IMG/VR virus record: IMGVR_UViG_3300000894_000001
DNA length: 38,327 bases
DNA from: a virus
Strand: one strand, 5' to 3'
The notes below the pieces were generated by a model. It was not told the DNA's origin, did no database searches, and was given only the letters and a program-made list of their open reading frames with translations. The translations under genes and the position numbers were made by a program. Shown here in pieces: positions 14,618-22,976 of this stretch; the stretch's first letter is position 1; each line of letters opens with the position of its first letter.

Positions 14618-15172
14618 ATGAAATCTGAAAAAGTAAAATATGTAACAGGTAAGGTGTACTTGTTATATCCAGTCTTGAAAGAAAAAAAAGAATGGAAAGG
14701 TAATCTAAAATATAGTGTTACTATGATGTTTAAAAAAGAAAGTCCAGAAGCTACAAAATTAAAAGAAGTATTAACACATATCTGGAAGGAAAACAAATTA
14801 ACCAAAAGAGATCATAATCCATTAGTGGATGGTGATGAATATGCAGAAATAAAAAGTCAGGAAGGTAAAAATGGTGATTTGTATAAAGGTCATTATTTTA
14901 TCAAAGCATCCACGCAATTTGATATCAAAGTTGTAAATGGTAAAAAACAATCTTGGACAGGTGAAGATCAAGATATATCAGGTAATTATGGTAGAGTGTC
15001 CTTTTTACTTGGTGCTTATGATAATGATGGCAAGGGTATTACTTGTTATCTTCAAGCAGTTCAAATTCTTGAAAAATCAGATTTAGAGATTCAAAGTCAA
15101 GGTGCTTCAATCGATGATTTTGAATATGAAGAAGTGCCGGACGATGGTGAAGAAGAGGATCTTCCTTTCTAA
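14618..15172 (+). CDS. ssDNA-binding protein, T7 gp2.5-like (DUF2815-like) with acidic tail
   Basis: The C-terminus DDFEYEEVPDDGEEEDLPF is the acidic ...D(I/L)PF tail typical of SSBs. Size and position in the replication region also fit. Confidence 0.65.
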   Translation: MKSEKVKYVTGKVYLLYPVLKEKKEWKGNLKYSVTMMFKKESPEATKLKEVLTHIWKENKLTKRDHNPLVDGDEYAEIKSQEGKNGDLYKGHYFIKASTQFDIKVVNGKKQSWTGEDQDISGNYGRVSFLLGAYDNDGKGITCYLQAVQILEKSDLEIQSQGASIDDFEYEEVPDDGEEEDLPF

Positions 15173-15235
15173 AACGGTACTGTGTCATCACTTTTTATGA
15201 ATTATTTAAATGGGAAACCTTCTAAAGATTAAATT

Positions 15236-15273
15236 CTTAGCTTCCTTAGTTACTAAGCGCTAAGGAAGCTAAG
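15236..15273 (+). promoter_or_regulatory. Strong stem-loop immediately upstream of the RBS of ORF 15292
   Basis: cttagcttcctta-(12 nt)-taaggaagctaag has 13-bp perfect arms and no T-tract. It is built from repeated CTTAG/CTAAG pentamers. Confidence 0.5.
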
Positions 15274-15291
15274 AAAGGAGAAGTAACACAT

Positions 15292-15711
15292 ATGGTTAAA
15301 GATAGAATTTATAATTTAATTAAAACGCTGCTTTTAAAAGCAGATATTAAATATAATGACAGTATAAATGAACGTATAGAATGCTTAAAAAAGGCTCAAG
15401 AATTAGCAACAAAATCAGATTGGTATTTCAGGTTTGAAAATGATTTTAAAAGGTTAAATGAACAATTAGAACAAGAAATACCAATATCTAATGATTTATT
15501 ATACAAATTATTTATAGATGAATTCCAAGAAAATTTTAAAGGAAATTTGATTTTCAAGGAATGGTTAAATGGAAAATTGTTAGTGATAACTATAACAACT
15601 AGGTTTGGAGTAATATCAAGTATTACTGAAATGACACATACAAATTGTTTAATAGATGCTTATATTATTGCATTTGAAATATATAAAAAATGGAGGAAAG
15701 AAAATGTCTAA
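15292..15711 (+). CDS. Hypothetical protein
   Basis: 139-aa ORF with an AAGGAG RBS. Confidence 0.7.
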   Translation: MVKDRIYNLIKTLLLKADIKYNDSINERIECLKKAQELATKSDWYFRFENDFKRLNEQLEQEIPISNDLLYKLFIDEFQENFKGNLIFKEWLNGKLLVITITTRFGVISSITEMTHTNCLIDAYIIAFEIYKKWRKENV

Positions 15712-15841
15712 ATGTGAAAATTGTAAATATCACGCCATGCAAGTCAAAACAGAAGGTAAATTGATTAAAAAAGAAGTCATTACATATTTTTGTAGTAGTG
15801 ATACTACAAAAGAAGAAAAAAAAGAAATGGGGTGTAATTAA
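15704..15841 (+). CDS. Small Cys-rich protein, 45 aa
   Basis: MSKCENCKYHAMQVK...FCSSD...GCN. A GGAGG RBS precedes the internal ATG at 15704, which I prefer to the track start at 15656. Confidence 0.5.
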   Translation: MSKCENCKYHAMQVKTEGKLIKKEVITYFCSSDTTKEEKKEMGCN

Positions 15842-15924
15842 TAACTAAAGCTCTAAAAAAAGTTGAAAAAGGCATACAAAAAGAAATTGATAAGAAACCT
15901 AAATAAGAAAGGATGATAAATAAT

Positions 15925-16074
15925 ATGATTATTACATTAATGAAGATGCAAAGAGAATTAAATGAGAAATATTCAAAATCAAGAGAATTATCAATTCTTA
16001 ATACAAAAATTGAGGATTTAATGATTTATTTAGAAGCATATGAATATAAATTAGTGAAAAATGAGGATGAATAA
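15925..16074 (+). CDS. Hypothetical small protein, 49 aa
   Basis: Hand translation: MIITLMKMQRELNEKYSKSRELSILNTKIEDLMIYLEAYEYKLVKNEDE. An AAGGA RBS lies upstream. Confidence 0.4.
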   Translation: MIITLMKMQRELNEKYSKSRELSILNTKIEDLMIYLEAYEYKLVKNEDE

Positions 16075-16078
16075 TATT

Positions 16079-16243
16079 ATGGCTAAATGTGTTATTAAAG
16101 GATGTACAGAAGATGCAACAACAATATGTGAATTAGAAAGATGTACTAATCTAGTATGTGATATGCATGCTTATAGTATTCAAGATCCTGATAATAAAAA
16201 CAGACAGATATTTTGTTGTGAAGGATGCTATGGTAAGAAATAA
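16079..16243 (+). CDS. Small Cys-rich protein, 54 aa
   Basis: MAKCVIKGCTEDATTICELERCTNLVCDMHAYS...FCCEGCYGKK. The start was chosen after the upstream stop; the track start is 16061. Confidence 0.5.
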   Translation: MAKCVIKGCTEDATTICELERCTNLVCDMHAYSIQDPDNKNRQIFCCEGCYGKK

Positions 16244-16402
16244 TAGTGTTATTTGGGGTTTAAATACCCCTCTAACACATTTTAAGAATGAGGTGATTAT
16301 AATTAATGCGGTATAGACAATGGTGGTTGAATATAGGAATTAAGATAATAAGTGCATTAAATCAAAGGCAAAAGAGATTAAAAGCAAGGAGGACAAATAA
16401 TT

Positions 16403-16627
16403 ATGCCAAAAAATAAAAAAATTAAAAAAATAATTCATAATAACATTTCCAAATATCGCATTTGGAAAAATGTTAGACAAATAGACTTAGCAAATGCTTT
16501 AAATTGTCCTATTAATCAATTTAGAGAGATTGAAAAAGGTTTGAAACAACCTTCTGATGATCAATCACATAAAATTTTAGAATACTTTGGTGTTAGTTTT
16601 GATCAAATGTTTATAGATGAACTTTAA
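16403..16627 (+). CDS. XRE-family helix-turn-helix transcriptional regulator
   Basis: ISKYRIWKNVRQIDLANALNCPINQFREIEKGLKQPS fits the HTH_3 pattern (Q..LA..lg.s...is..E.G...P). Confidence 0.7.
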   Translation: MPKNKKIKKIIHNNISKYRIWKNVRQIDLANALNCPINQFREIEKGLKQPSDDQSHKILEYFGVSFDQMFIDEL

Positions 16628-16643
16628 GATAGGATGGTTTAAA

Positions 16644-16769
16644 ATGAAAATTACTTTTAAGATAATAAAGAAAAAGAAACATTATAGTGCAGTTGATAGA
16701 TATAAAAATGATAATAATATATTAGATAAAAAAATTGATAAACTAGAAAAGGGGTCAAAATGGTTATGA
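16644..16769 (+). CDS. Hypothetical small basic protein, 41 aa
   Basis: Hand translation: MKITFKIIKKKKHYSAVDRYKNDNNILDKKIDKLEKGSKWL. Confidence 0.3.
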   Translation: MKITFKIIKKKKHYSAVDRYKNDNNILDKKIDKLEKGSKWL

Positions 16770-17206
16770 ATGAGAAAATTACAAATGTATTAAATCAATT
16801 AATAGATATAGAATTAGATGCCTCAAATCAGAAGCATGGTAGGTTAAATAGCATACATGAGTGGTATGCTGTAATACTTGAAGAAATTGAGGAAGTATAT
16901 GAAAATATTGATTGTCTAAATCAATATCGAGGTAAGATTTGGACCAAAATTAAAAAAGACGAAGAAATAACAGAAATCGATTTGAACAGGTTTGATATCA
17001 TTGTGCTTCAAACATTAAATGAATTACTCCAAGTAGGGACAATGATTAAAAAAATAAGACCATTAATTAAACAGGCACCTAAACAAGTACCTTTTGAAAA
17101 TAAACATGGGAATATGTATAGTAATAATACAGGACAGGTTAATATTTGTAATGGTAATTCAAATCTTAATGCAACTCAGGAAATAAATTATGAAAAAGGG
17201 AAATAA
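16760..17206 (+). CDS. Hypothetical protein (possibly MazG-like all-alpha NTP pyrophosphohydrolase fold)
   Basis: QKHGRLNSIHEWYAVILEEIEEVYE weakly resembles the MazG-like EExxE region. The functional call is low confidence. Confidence 0.6.
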   Translation: MVMNEKITNVLNQLIDIELDASNQKHGRLNSIHEWYAVILEEIEEVYENIDCLNQYRGKIWTKIKKDEEITEIDLNRFDIIVLQTLNELLQVGTMIKKIRPLIKQAPKQVPFENKHGNMYSNNTGQVNICNGNSNLNATQEINYEKGK

Positions 17207-17210
17207 AATA

Positions 17211-17247
17211 TTATATACTCTAGATTAGACTAATCTAGAGTATATAA
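17211..17247 (+). terminator. Long perfect hairpin after the early/middle operon (terminator or protein-binding palindrome)
   Basis: ttatatactctagatta-gac-taatctagagtatataa has 17-bp arms. The flanks are A-rich rather than T-rich, so terminator function is uncertain. Confidence 0.45.
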
Positions 17248-17285
17248 ATAAAATAAATAAAAAAAAGTATAAGGGAGAATGAAAA

Positions 17286-17801
17286 ATGAAAAAAATTTTA
17301 GCAAGTTTAATAATTGTAATGTTGGTTACTGTAATGGGTTTGAGTGTATTTGCTCATTCTGGAGATACAGATAAAAACGGAGGGCATTTTGAAAAATATG
17401 TTGTTAATAATGTTGAATATGTATTAAATTATCATTTTCACGATAAAGTCACTAATACGATAACAAAGACGATTGATTTAAAAAGTAAAAATATATTATG
17501 GAAAGATAGATATAAAATAGATATTGATTCTTTTTTGATTAAGACAACACCACCAGTTATTAAGACAACACCACCAGTTATTAAGACAACACCACCAGTT
17601 ATTAAGACAACACCACCAGTTATTAAGACAACACCACCAGTTATTACTACTAATAATGTATCAACAATCACTAGTACAATAACTGCATCACCTGACACAT
17701 TACCAAAGACAGGACAGAATAAACCAACTGTCTATATAATATCAGGTACTATCATCTGTATTTTGGGAATTGGTTATTTATTTAAAAAAGTGGTATTATA
17801 A
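17286..17801 (+). CDS. Secreted, LPXTG cell-wall-anchored YHYH-domain surface protein (moron)
   Basis: The N-terminal signal peptide is MKKILASLIIVMLVTVMGLSVFA. HSGDTDKNGGHF...NYHFH matches the YHYH-domain signature. Five TTPPVIK repeats follow. The C-terminus carries LPKTG, a hydrophobic segment and a KKVVL tail. Confidence 0.8.
   Translation: MKKILASLIIVMLVTVMGLSVFAHSGDTDKNGGHFEKYVVNNVEYVLNYHFHDKVTNTITKTIDLKSKNILWKDRYKIDIDSFLIKTTPPVIKTTPPVIKTTPPVIKTTPPVIKTTPPVITTNNVSTITSTITASPDTLPKTGQNKPTVYIISGTIICILGIGYLFKKVVL
17538..17642 (+). repeat. Five perfect 21-nt tandem repeats (attaagacaacaccaccagtt) encoding TTPPVIK
   Basis: Identical units read directly from the sequence. Confidence 0.9.
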
Positions 17802-17861
17802 GATTTGATGATAAATAATGATTTGATCAATTAGTTACAAACCTATTGGGAATTTAATGTT

Positions 17862-17894
17862 GTATAGCATATTTAAAGTATGCTATACTTTTTT
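17862..17894 (+). terminator. Rho-independent terminator of the LPXTG moron
   Basis: gtatagcata-tttaaag-tatgctatac followed by tttttt. Confidence 0.75.
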
Positions 17895-17896
17895 GT

Positions 17897-18049
17897 ATGG
17901 AGATAAGAAGATTAAGGAAAATAAAATATTCATTTTTAACGTCAATTCCAACAGAAATGATAGAAAAATTGGATTTGAATCAAGGTGACTATGTTACATT
18001 TGAATGTGAGGATGACAAAATAATTATTAGGAAGGTAACAAAAAAATAA
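17897..18049 (+). CDS. AbrB/SpoVT-like small protein (copy 3), 50 aa
   Basis: Hand translation: MEIRRLRKIKYSFLTSIPTEMIEKLDLNQGDYVTFECEDDKIIIRKVTKK. There is no obvious SD, because the ATG lies 2 nt after the terminator T-tract. Confidence 0.45.
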   Translation: MEIRRLRKIKYSFLTSIPTEMIEKLDLNQGDYVTFECEDDKIIIRKVTKK

Positions 18050-18222
18050 TGGTAACACATGAATGTAAACAAATAGAGAGAATCACTAGGATTGAAACAA
18101 ATTTAGATAATATGCAAAAAATACAAAGCATGTTACTTAAAATTACTATAACTTTAGTATCAGGGATATTAGTAGAATTTTGTAGTATTTTGTTTGTTTA
18201 TTTATTAAACAAGAAAGGATAA
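18049..18222 (+). CDS. XhlA-like / holin-like membrane protein, 57 aa
   Basis: MVTHECKQIERITRIETNLDNMQKIQSMLLKITITLVSGILVEFCSILFVYLLNKKG. It combines an N-terminal coiled-coil region with a single C-terminal TM segment. It has a TAATG overlap with the upstream ORF and sits immediately before the amidase gene. Confidence 0.5.
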   Translation: MVTHECKQIERITRIETNLDNMQKIQSMLLKITITLVSGILVEFCSILFVYLLNKKG

Positions 18223-18228
18223 TAAATT

Positions 18229-18909
18229 ATGAGTAAAATTGTTTATTTATCAGGTAGTACTCAAAATGATAATATTGGTGTTGCTGATTATGGTACAGAA
18301 GCACTGAGAATGCAACAACTAGCAGATCGCGTTAAATTTTGGATACAACAAGGACAAGGGGATTTTATTGTATATAGGAATAATGCTAATATGGGTTTAG
18401 CAGGTACAGTTAATGATTCAAATAGTAAACATGCTGATGTGCATGTCGCATTACATTCTAACGCTGGTGGAAATGGTAAAGGAACAGAGTCATATTATTA
18501 CAATGATTCAAATGAGGGTAAAAGATTAGCAACTTTGTTATATAATAGTGTTGCTCCGATAACTATATCACCAGATAGAGGGGTAATGTCAGATCATGTT
18601 TTATATAATAGTGGTTTATATGAATTAAGAGAAACAACTGCTATTGCTGCATTGATTGAAATCATGTTTCATGATAATGTTGTGGATGTAGTAGACTATT
18701 TAAGTAAAGTTGAACAAATAGCTAAAGCACTAGCAAAAGCGATATACTCATATTTTAATTATCCATTTTATGAGGGGAATTCTGAAAAAGATCAAGCAAT
18801 AGCAAAATTAGTAAAAGTATCATCATATGCTAATAGCGTATGGATTCCTGAATTCACTAAACTTGCTGATAGAGGACTTAATATTTGGGGATTAATTAAT
18901 AAATTATAA
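18229..18909 (+). CDS. Endolysin: N-acetylmuramoyl-L-alanine amidase (Amidase_3 type)
   Basis: ADVHVALHSNAGGNGKGTESYY and the later EIMFHDN are Amidase_3-like zinc-ligand regions. About 60 aa of C-terminal extension follows. Confidence 0.8.
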   Translation: MSKIVYLSGSTQNDNIGVADYGTEALRMQQLADRVKFWIQQGQGDFIVYRNNANMGLAGTVNDSNSKHADVHVALHSNAGGNGKGTESYYYNDSNEGKRLATLLYNSVAPITISPDRGVMSDHVLYNSGLYELRETTAIAALIEIMFHDNVVDVVDYLSKVEQIAKALAKAIYSYFNYPFYEGNSEKDQAIAKLVKVSSYANSVWIPEFTKLADRGLNIWGLINKL

Positions 18910-18927
18910 ATAAGGATTGATTATATT

Positions 18928-19137
18928 ATGAATGATGATAATAATAAAATAAGCAATATCAAATATATAACTGCTATAAGGGTGATTAGACAGGAATTAA
19001 AAAAAGATCAAAGTCCTAAAAGCACTTATCATGGCTGGCAAAGTAATCTAGCATGTTGTATTATGGATGGCAGTGAATTAGACCATAAGACCGCTAATAC
19101 AATTGCAGTTAATTTTTTAAGGAAGTTGATTGATTGA
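18928..19137 (+). CDS. Hypothetical protein
   Basis: 69-aa ORF. Confidence 0.55.
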   Translation: MNDDNNKISNIKYITAIRVIRQELKKDQSPKSTYHGWQSNLACCIMDGSELDHKTANTIAVNFLRKLID

Positions 19138-19292
19138 TGAAATATACAAATAAAATTAGGAAACCTAGACATTATAGGATGGTATATAGCAGGGTTTTAA
19201 GATTACTATCAAAGCTAAATAATTGTAACAGGGAATATGCGATACAAATAATCGAAGAAAATAAGGATAGATATGCAACAAAATATAATTAA
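19137..19292 (+). CDS. Hypothetical small basic protein, 51 aa
   Basis: It has an ATGA-type overlap with the upstream stop. Hand translation: MKYTNKIRKPRHYRMVYSRVLRLLSKLNNCNREYAIQIIEENKDRYATKYN. Confidence 0.3.
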   Translation: MKYTNKIRKPRHYRMVYSRVLRLLSKLNNCNREYAIQIIEENKDRYATKYN

Positions 19293-19878
19293 ATATTATG
19301 AAAAGATAACAAATCTTGCATTGAAAAACTTAATGCAAGAAAAATCTTTTCAGTTTAAATCAAAATTAAATAATAAATTATTATCAATGCAATCTCAGGA
19401 TCATCTAATAGAAATTTATAAAAAAGCTGGTGGTGGGGTATTATCAGACAATGCTAAAAAACTTATCCAGGATTATAATGATTCAATTTCACAAATGTAT
19501 AAAATAGCAATTAAAGATTACAATAACACATTAAATAAACTTAAAAATATTACAAATATTGACGAAAAACAAAAAATATTGAATAATTATGCTAATAAAG
19601 GGATTGCTGGATTTAAAGCGAAAAATGGAGCCGTTTGGAACATAGAAACTTATTCAAATATGCTTTTTACACATGCAAATAATGAAATGGTACGATTAGC
19701 AGTATTAGATAATCTAAAAGACAATAAAGTTAGGATATCAAGCGGTCAAAGTACACGTACTTGTGATATTTGTAAAAAATATGAAGGTAAAATATTAACA
19801 CTGGATGAATTGGAAATTGCAAAAGAAGATGGTCTATTCCATCCTAATTGTATTCATTTTATAGTAGAGGTGGAATGA
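19273..19878 (+). CDS. Head morphogenesis / minor capsid protein (SPP1 gp7 / Mu F-like)
   Basis: WNIETYSNMLFTHANNEMVRLAVL ... CDICKKYEGKILTLDE ... FHPNCIHF resembles the Mu F-like C-terminal C..C...HPNC motif. Confidence 0.5.
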   Translation: MQQNIIKYYEKITNLALKNLMQEKSFQFKSKLNNKLLSMQSQDHLIEIYKKAGGGVLSDNAKKLIQDYNDSISQMYKIAIKDYNNTLNKLKNITNIDEKQKILNNYANKGIAGFKAKNGAVWNIETYSNMLFTHANNEMVRLAVLDNLKDNKVRISSGQSTRTCDICKKYEGKILTLDELEIAKEDGLFHPNCIHFIVEVE

Positions 19879-19879
19879 T

Positions 19880-20332
19880 ATGATAGGTGATTTTGATAAA
19901 TTTGTTGATATTTATGAAACTTGTGGTAATCCTATTAAAGCAGCATATGAGATAGGATTATATCAATTAAAAAAGCATAAACCGTTTTCAAAATTAACAA
20001 ATTTAGAAATTAAAAAATTGAAATATAGGGCAATGGATTATTTGATTGACTTGGAGATATTAAATAATAGGATGTTGAATTATGATAGGATTGTAAATCA
20101 TGTCAAAGGTGATATAACAGAATGTGAAGAACATTTGTTTAATATAGTACGATATAGTTATGCATATCCAAGAGATAAACATTTGATGAATTTATCAATC
20201 AAAGCAACGACAATATTGATGGATTATTATAATAAACGGGGAATAGGTGAAAAAGATGTAATTAATATCATAGAAAATCCAATAAGGGCAAAAATTAAGG
20301 ATATTGATATAGATGAGCAATATAAATGTTAA
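19880..20332 (+). CDS. terS: Terminase small subunit (putative)
   Basis: It sits directly upstream of, and overlapping, terL. FVDIYETCGNPIKAAYEIGL resembles the TerS N-terminal HTH. Confidence 0.55.
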   Translation: MIGDFDKFVDIYETCGNPIKAAYEIGLYQLKKHKPFSKLTNLEIKKLKYRAMDYLIDLEILNNRMLNYDRIVNHVKGDITECEEHLFNIVRYSYAYPRDKHLMNLSIKATTILMDYYNKRGIGEKDVINIIENPIRAKIKDIDIDEQYKC

Positions 20333-21581
20333 TCTATTAGACCATATAGGTAGTAATTATGATGAAATGTTTTACGATTTACAATCAAATAAACATTTGC
20401 ATTATTGGTTACATGGAGGTCGCGGAAGTTTAAAAGGAAGTTTTGTTTATTTATATGTTATTTGGTCTATGACAATTGCAATGTCTAAAAATGAGATAAT
20501 ACATAGTATAATGTTGAGGAAAGTAAAAGATACAATTCCAGATTCTATTTTTACTAATTTATTATGGGCAATTGATATATTACATTTAAAAACTTTTTGG
20601 AGTTATACAATTAATCCTCTTAAAATGACTTGTGGTGAAAATCAAATATTATTTAGAGGATGTGCTAACCAGAGGGATTATGAAAAAATAAAGTCAATAA
20701 AATTTAAAAATGGTAAGGTGAAGTATGTTGTATTTGAGGAATTAACTGAGTTTTATGGGTGGGATGAAATATTAGATATTTTGCAATCAATATTACGAGG
20801 TACAGATATAGCAAATGTATTTTATATGTACAATCCACCACCATCTAAAAATAATTGGGTGAATAATGAATGTAAAGTGATAAGAAATGATAGGTTAGTA
20901 CATGCATCAACTTATTTGACTGCTCCTAAAGAATGGTTAGGTAAAATATTTATCCAGGAAGCTGAGATGCTAAAAAAATTAAATCCTAGAAAATATAATC
21001 ACATGTATTTAGGTGAAGTGATCGGTGAGGGTTTAGAAATTTATCAAAATGTTGAAATTAGGACTATTACTGATTTAGAAATTAAAAAAATGGATATAAT
21101 AAATAGAGGACTTGATTTTGGATATACACATGCATCATGTTACTGTGAGACTTATTTTGATATAAAAAATGATATCATTTATATAATAGATGAAATTTAT
21201 TTATATGGCTCAAATAATTTTACTTTAGCAAGTAAAATTAAGGATAAAGCAGGTAACAGATTAATTACAGGGGACTCAGAAGATCCTAGGACGATTAATG
21301 AAATGAATTTGTATGGACTGAATGTAAGGGGTGCAAAAAAAGGACATGACAGTAAAGCACATGGTATCAAATGGCTGTCTGACAGGGTAAAAATAGTTAT
21401 TGATAAAAAAAGATGTCCAAACATAGTAAATGATTTTATATGTTATGAAAAAAAGAAAGATAAAAATGGAAATATAATTGAAGATTACCCAGATGAGCCG
21501 GATGGAAGTGCATCGTGCAGATATAGCCTTGAGAAATACATTTTAAATAAAAAATTAATATTTGGTGGATTAAAAGGTTAA
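20313..21581 (+). CDS. terL: Terminase large subunit (PBSX-like family)
   Basis: Walker A-like LHGGRGSLKGS (GGRGSGKS-like), Walker B-like VVFEELTE, and size and position all fit. Confidence 0.8.
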   Translation: MSNINVNLLDHIGSNYDEMFYDLQSNKHLHYWLHGGRGSLKGSFVYLYVIWSMTIAMSKNEIIHSIMLRKVKDTIPDSIFTNLLWAIDILHLKTFWSYTINPLKMTCGENQILFRGCANQRDYEKIKSIKFKNGKVKYVVFEELTEFYGWDEILDILQSILRGTDIANVFYMYNPPPSKNNWVNNECKVIRNDRLVHASTYLTAPKEWLGKIFIQEAEMLKKLNPRKYNHMYLGEVIGEGLEIYQNVEIRTITDLEIKKMDIINRGLDFGYTHASCYCETYFDIKNDIIYIIDEIYLYGSNNFTLASKIKDKAGNRLITGDSEDPRTINEMNLYGLNVRGAKKGHDSKAHGIKWLSDRVKIVIDKKRCPNIVNDFICYEKKKDKNGNIIEDYPDEPDGSASCRYSLEKYILNKKLIFGGLKG

Positions 21582-21601
21582 TGTTTCACGTGAAACATTA
21601 A
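21578..21601. repeat. Perfect 24-bp palindrome ttaatgtttcac|gtgaaacattaa overlapping the terL stop
   Basis: Read directly from the sequence. It has a CACGTG core and lies between terL and the portal gene. Confidence 0.8.
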
Positions 21602-21626
21602 TAATATTATAAAAGGGGTGAAGTAA

Positions 21627-22973
21627 TTGTATGATAAAATAGTCGAATTAATTAAAAAAGACATGAATAATAAAAAAGATAAATACATAGCCAATAAATA
21701 TTATTATTATAAACCAAAAACCAAAGAAGATAACATTGTAAATACTACAAATGCTAATGGTGATATTATAACTATAAATTTAAATAAAAGTTGTAATATT
21801 AATATTAATTATTTTAAATTATTAGTTAATCAAAAAATAGATTATTTATTAGCTAAAGTGCCAACTTTCAGTCCAAAGAATTATACTAAAAACCAATTGG
21901 TTGAATTATTTGAAACTATGATGTTAAATGCATCTTTAGATGTTGTATCATGGTTACATTTTTATGTTGAAAATAATAAATTAGATTGGATTATAATTCA
22001 TGATGTCGAAATTATACCTTTATATGATACTCATAATAAAAACATCATAGGTATTATAAGATATTATGAAACAGACAAGGAAACAATACAAGTTGAGCAA
22101 TGGTCCGTTAATGGTGTTGAAATTTCAATAATCAAAGAAGACAAATTAGGTGAAGTACAGGAATTATCACATTACAAACAAGACACTATATATCAAGATG
22201 AAATTGTAGATACCCAATATTATAATTTCACATTTATTCCCTTTGTACCTTTATATAATAATAGGAATAAAGAATCAGACATGGAAGGTATACAGGAATT
22301 ATTAGATTATTATAATCAAGTATCATCAGGATTTATTGATAATATTGATAAATTTCAAGAAGCATTAATGAAATTAAAAGGTTTTAGTGGTGATTCCAGC
22401 ACATTAGAACAAACTATGAAAGATTTAAAAAGATATAAAATGGTTGGTTTACCTGAAGATGGTGATGTTGATTTCATTAAAGTTGAAATACCAGTTGAAG
22501 CTAGAAAAGTGATATTAGATCTATTGAAAGAAAACATTTTTAAATTAGGTCGTGGATTTGATGAAGATAATTTGGGTGATGGTAACATTACAAATATAGT
22601 TATCAAATCTAGATATAGTAAATTAGATGCTAAAGCAAATGGGTGTGAAAAACAATTAAAATTATTTTATGAAAAATTTGTAGAATGTGAAAATAAATAT
22701 TATAATAATAATGAAAACAGTGATTTAGAATGTAATCGTACACAATTATTTAATGCATCTGAGATGATAACTGATTGTGTTAATGCTACTGATTTAGTAT
22801 TGAATGGATTATTATCAAAAGAAACTTTGATAAAAAATAATCCATGGGTTACTGATTTTAAACAAGAATTAAAATTGATAGATAAAGAAAATCAAAATGA
22901 CAATTCAGGACAAAACCTGCCAAATGATAATTCAGGACAAAACCTGCCAAATGTTAACCAAGGAGGACAATAG
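21627..22973 (+). CDS. Portal protein (SPP1 gp6-like)
   Basis: 448 aa, immediately after terL, with a TTG start and a GGGGTGA RBS. The C-terminal NDNSGQNLPN is duplicated. Confidence 0.7.
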   Translation: MYDKIVELIKKDMNNKKDKYIANKYYYYKPKTKEDNIVNTTNANGDIITINLNKSCNININYFKLLVNQKIDYLLAKVPTFSPKNYTKNQLVELFETMMLNASLDVVSWLHFYVENNKLDWIIIHDVEIIPLYDTHNKNIIGIIRYYETDKETIQVEQWSVNGVEISIIKEDKLGEVQELSHYKQDTIYQDEIVDTQYYNFTFIPFVPLYNNRNKESDMEGIQELLDYYNQVSSGFIDNIDKFQEALMKLKGFSGDSSTLEQTMKDLKRYKMVGLPEDGDVDFIKVEIPVEARKVILDLLKENIFKLGRGFDEDNLGDGNITNIVIKSRYSKLDAKANGCEKQLKLFYEKFVECENKYYNNNENSDLECNRTQLFNASEMITDCVNATDLVLNGLLSKETLIKNNPWVTDFKQELKLIDKENQNDNSGQNLPNDNSGQNLPNVNQGGQ

Positions 22974-22976
22974 AAT

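Noticed and set aside
16403-16627. XRE HTH protein as a CI-type lysogeny repressor defining a classical immunity region
   Set aside because: It is only 74 aa and has no C-terminal dimerisation or peptidase domain. It is co-oriented within a run of small early ORFs rather than divergent from a cro-like gene, and it lies about 5 kb from the recombinase. There is insufficient evidence to call a lysogeny switch.
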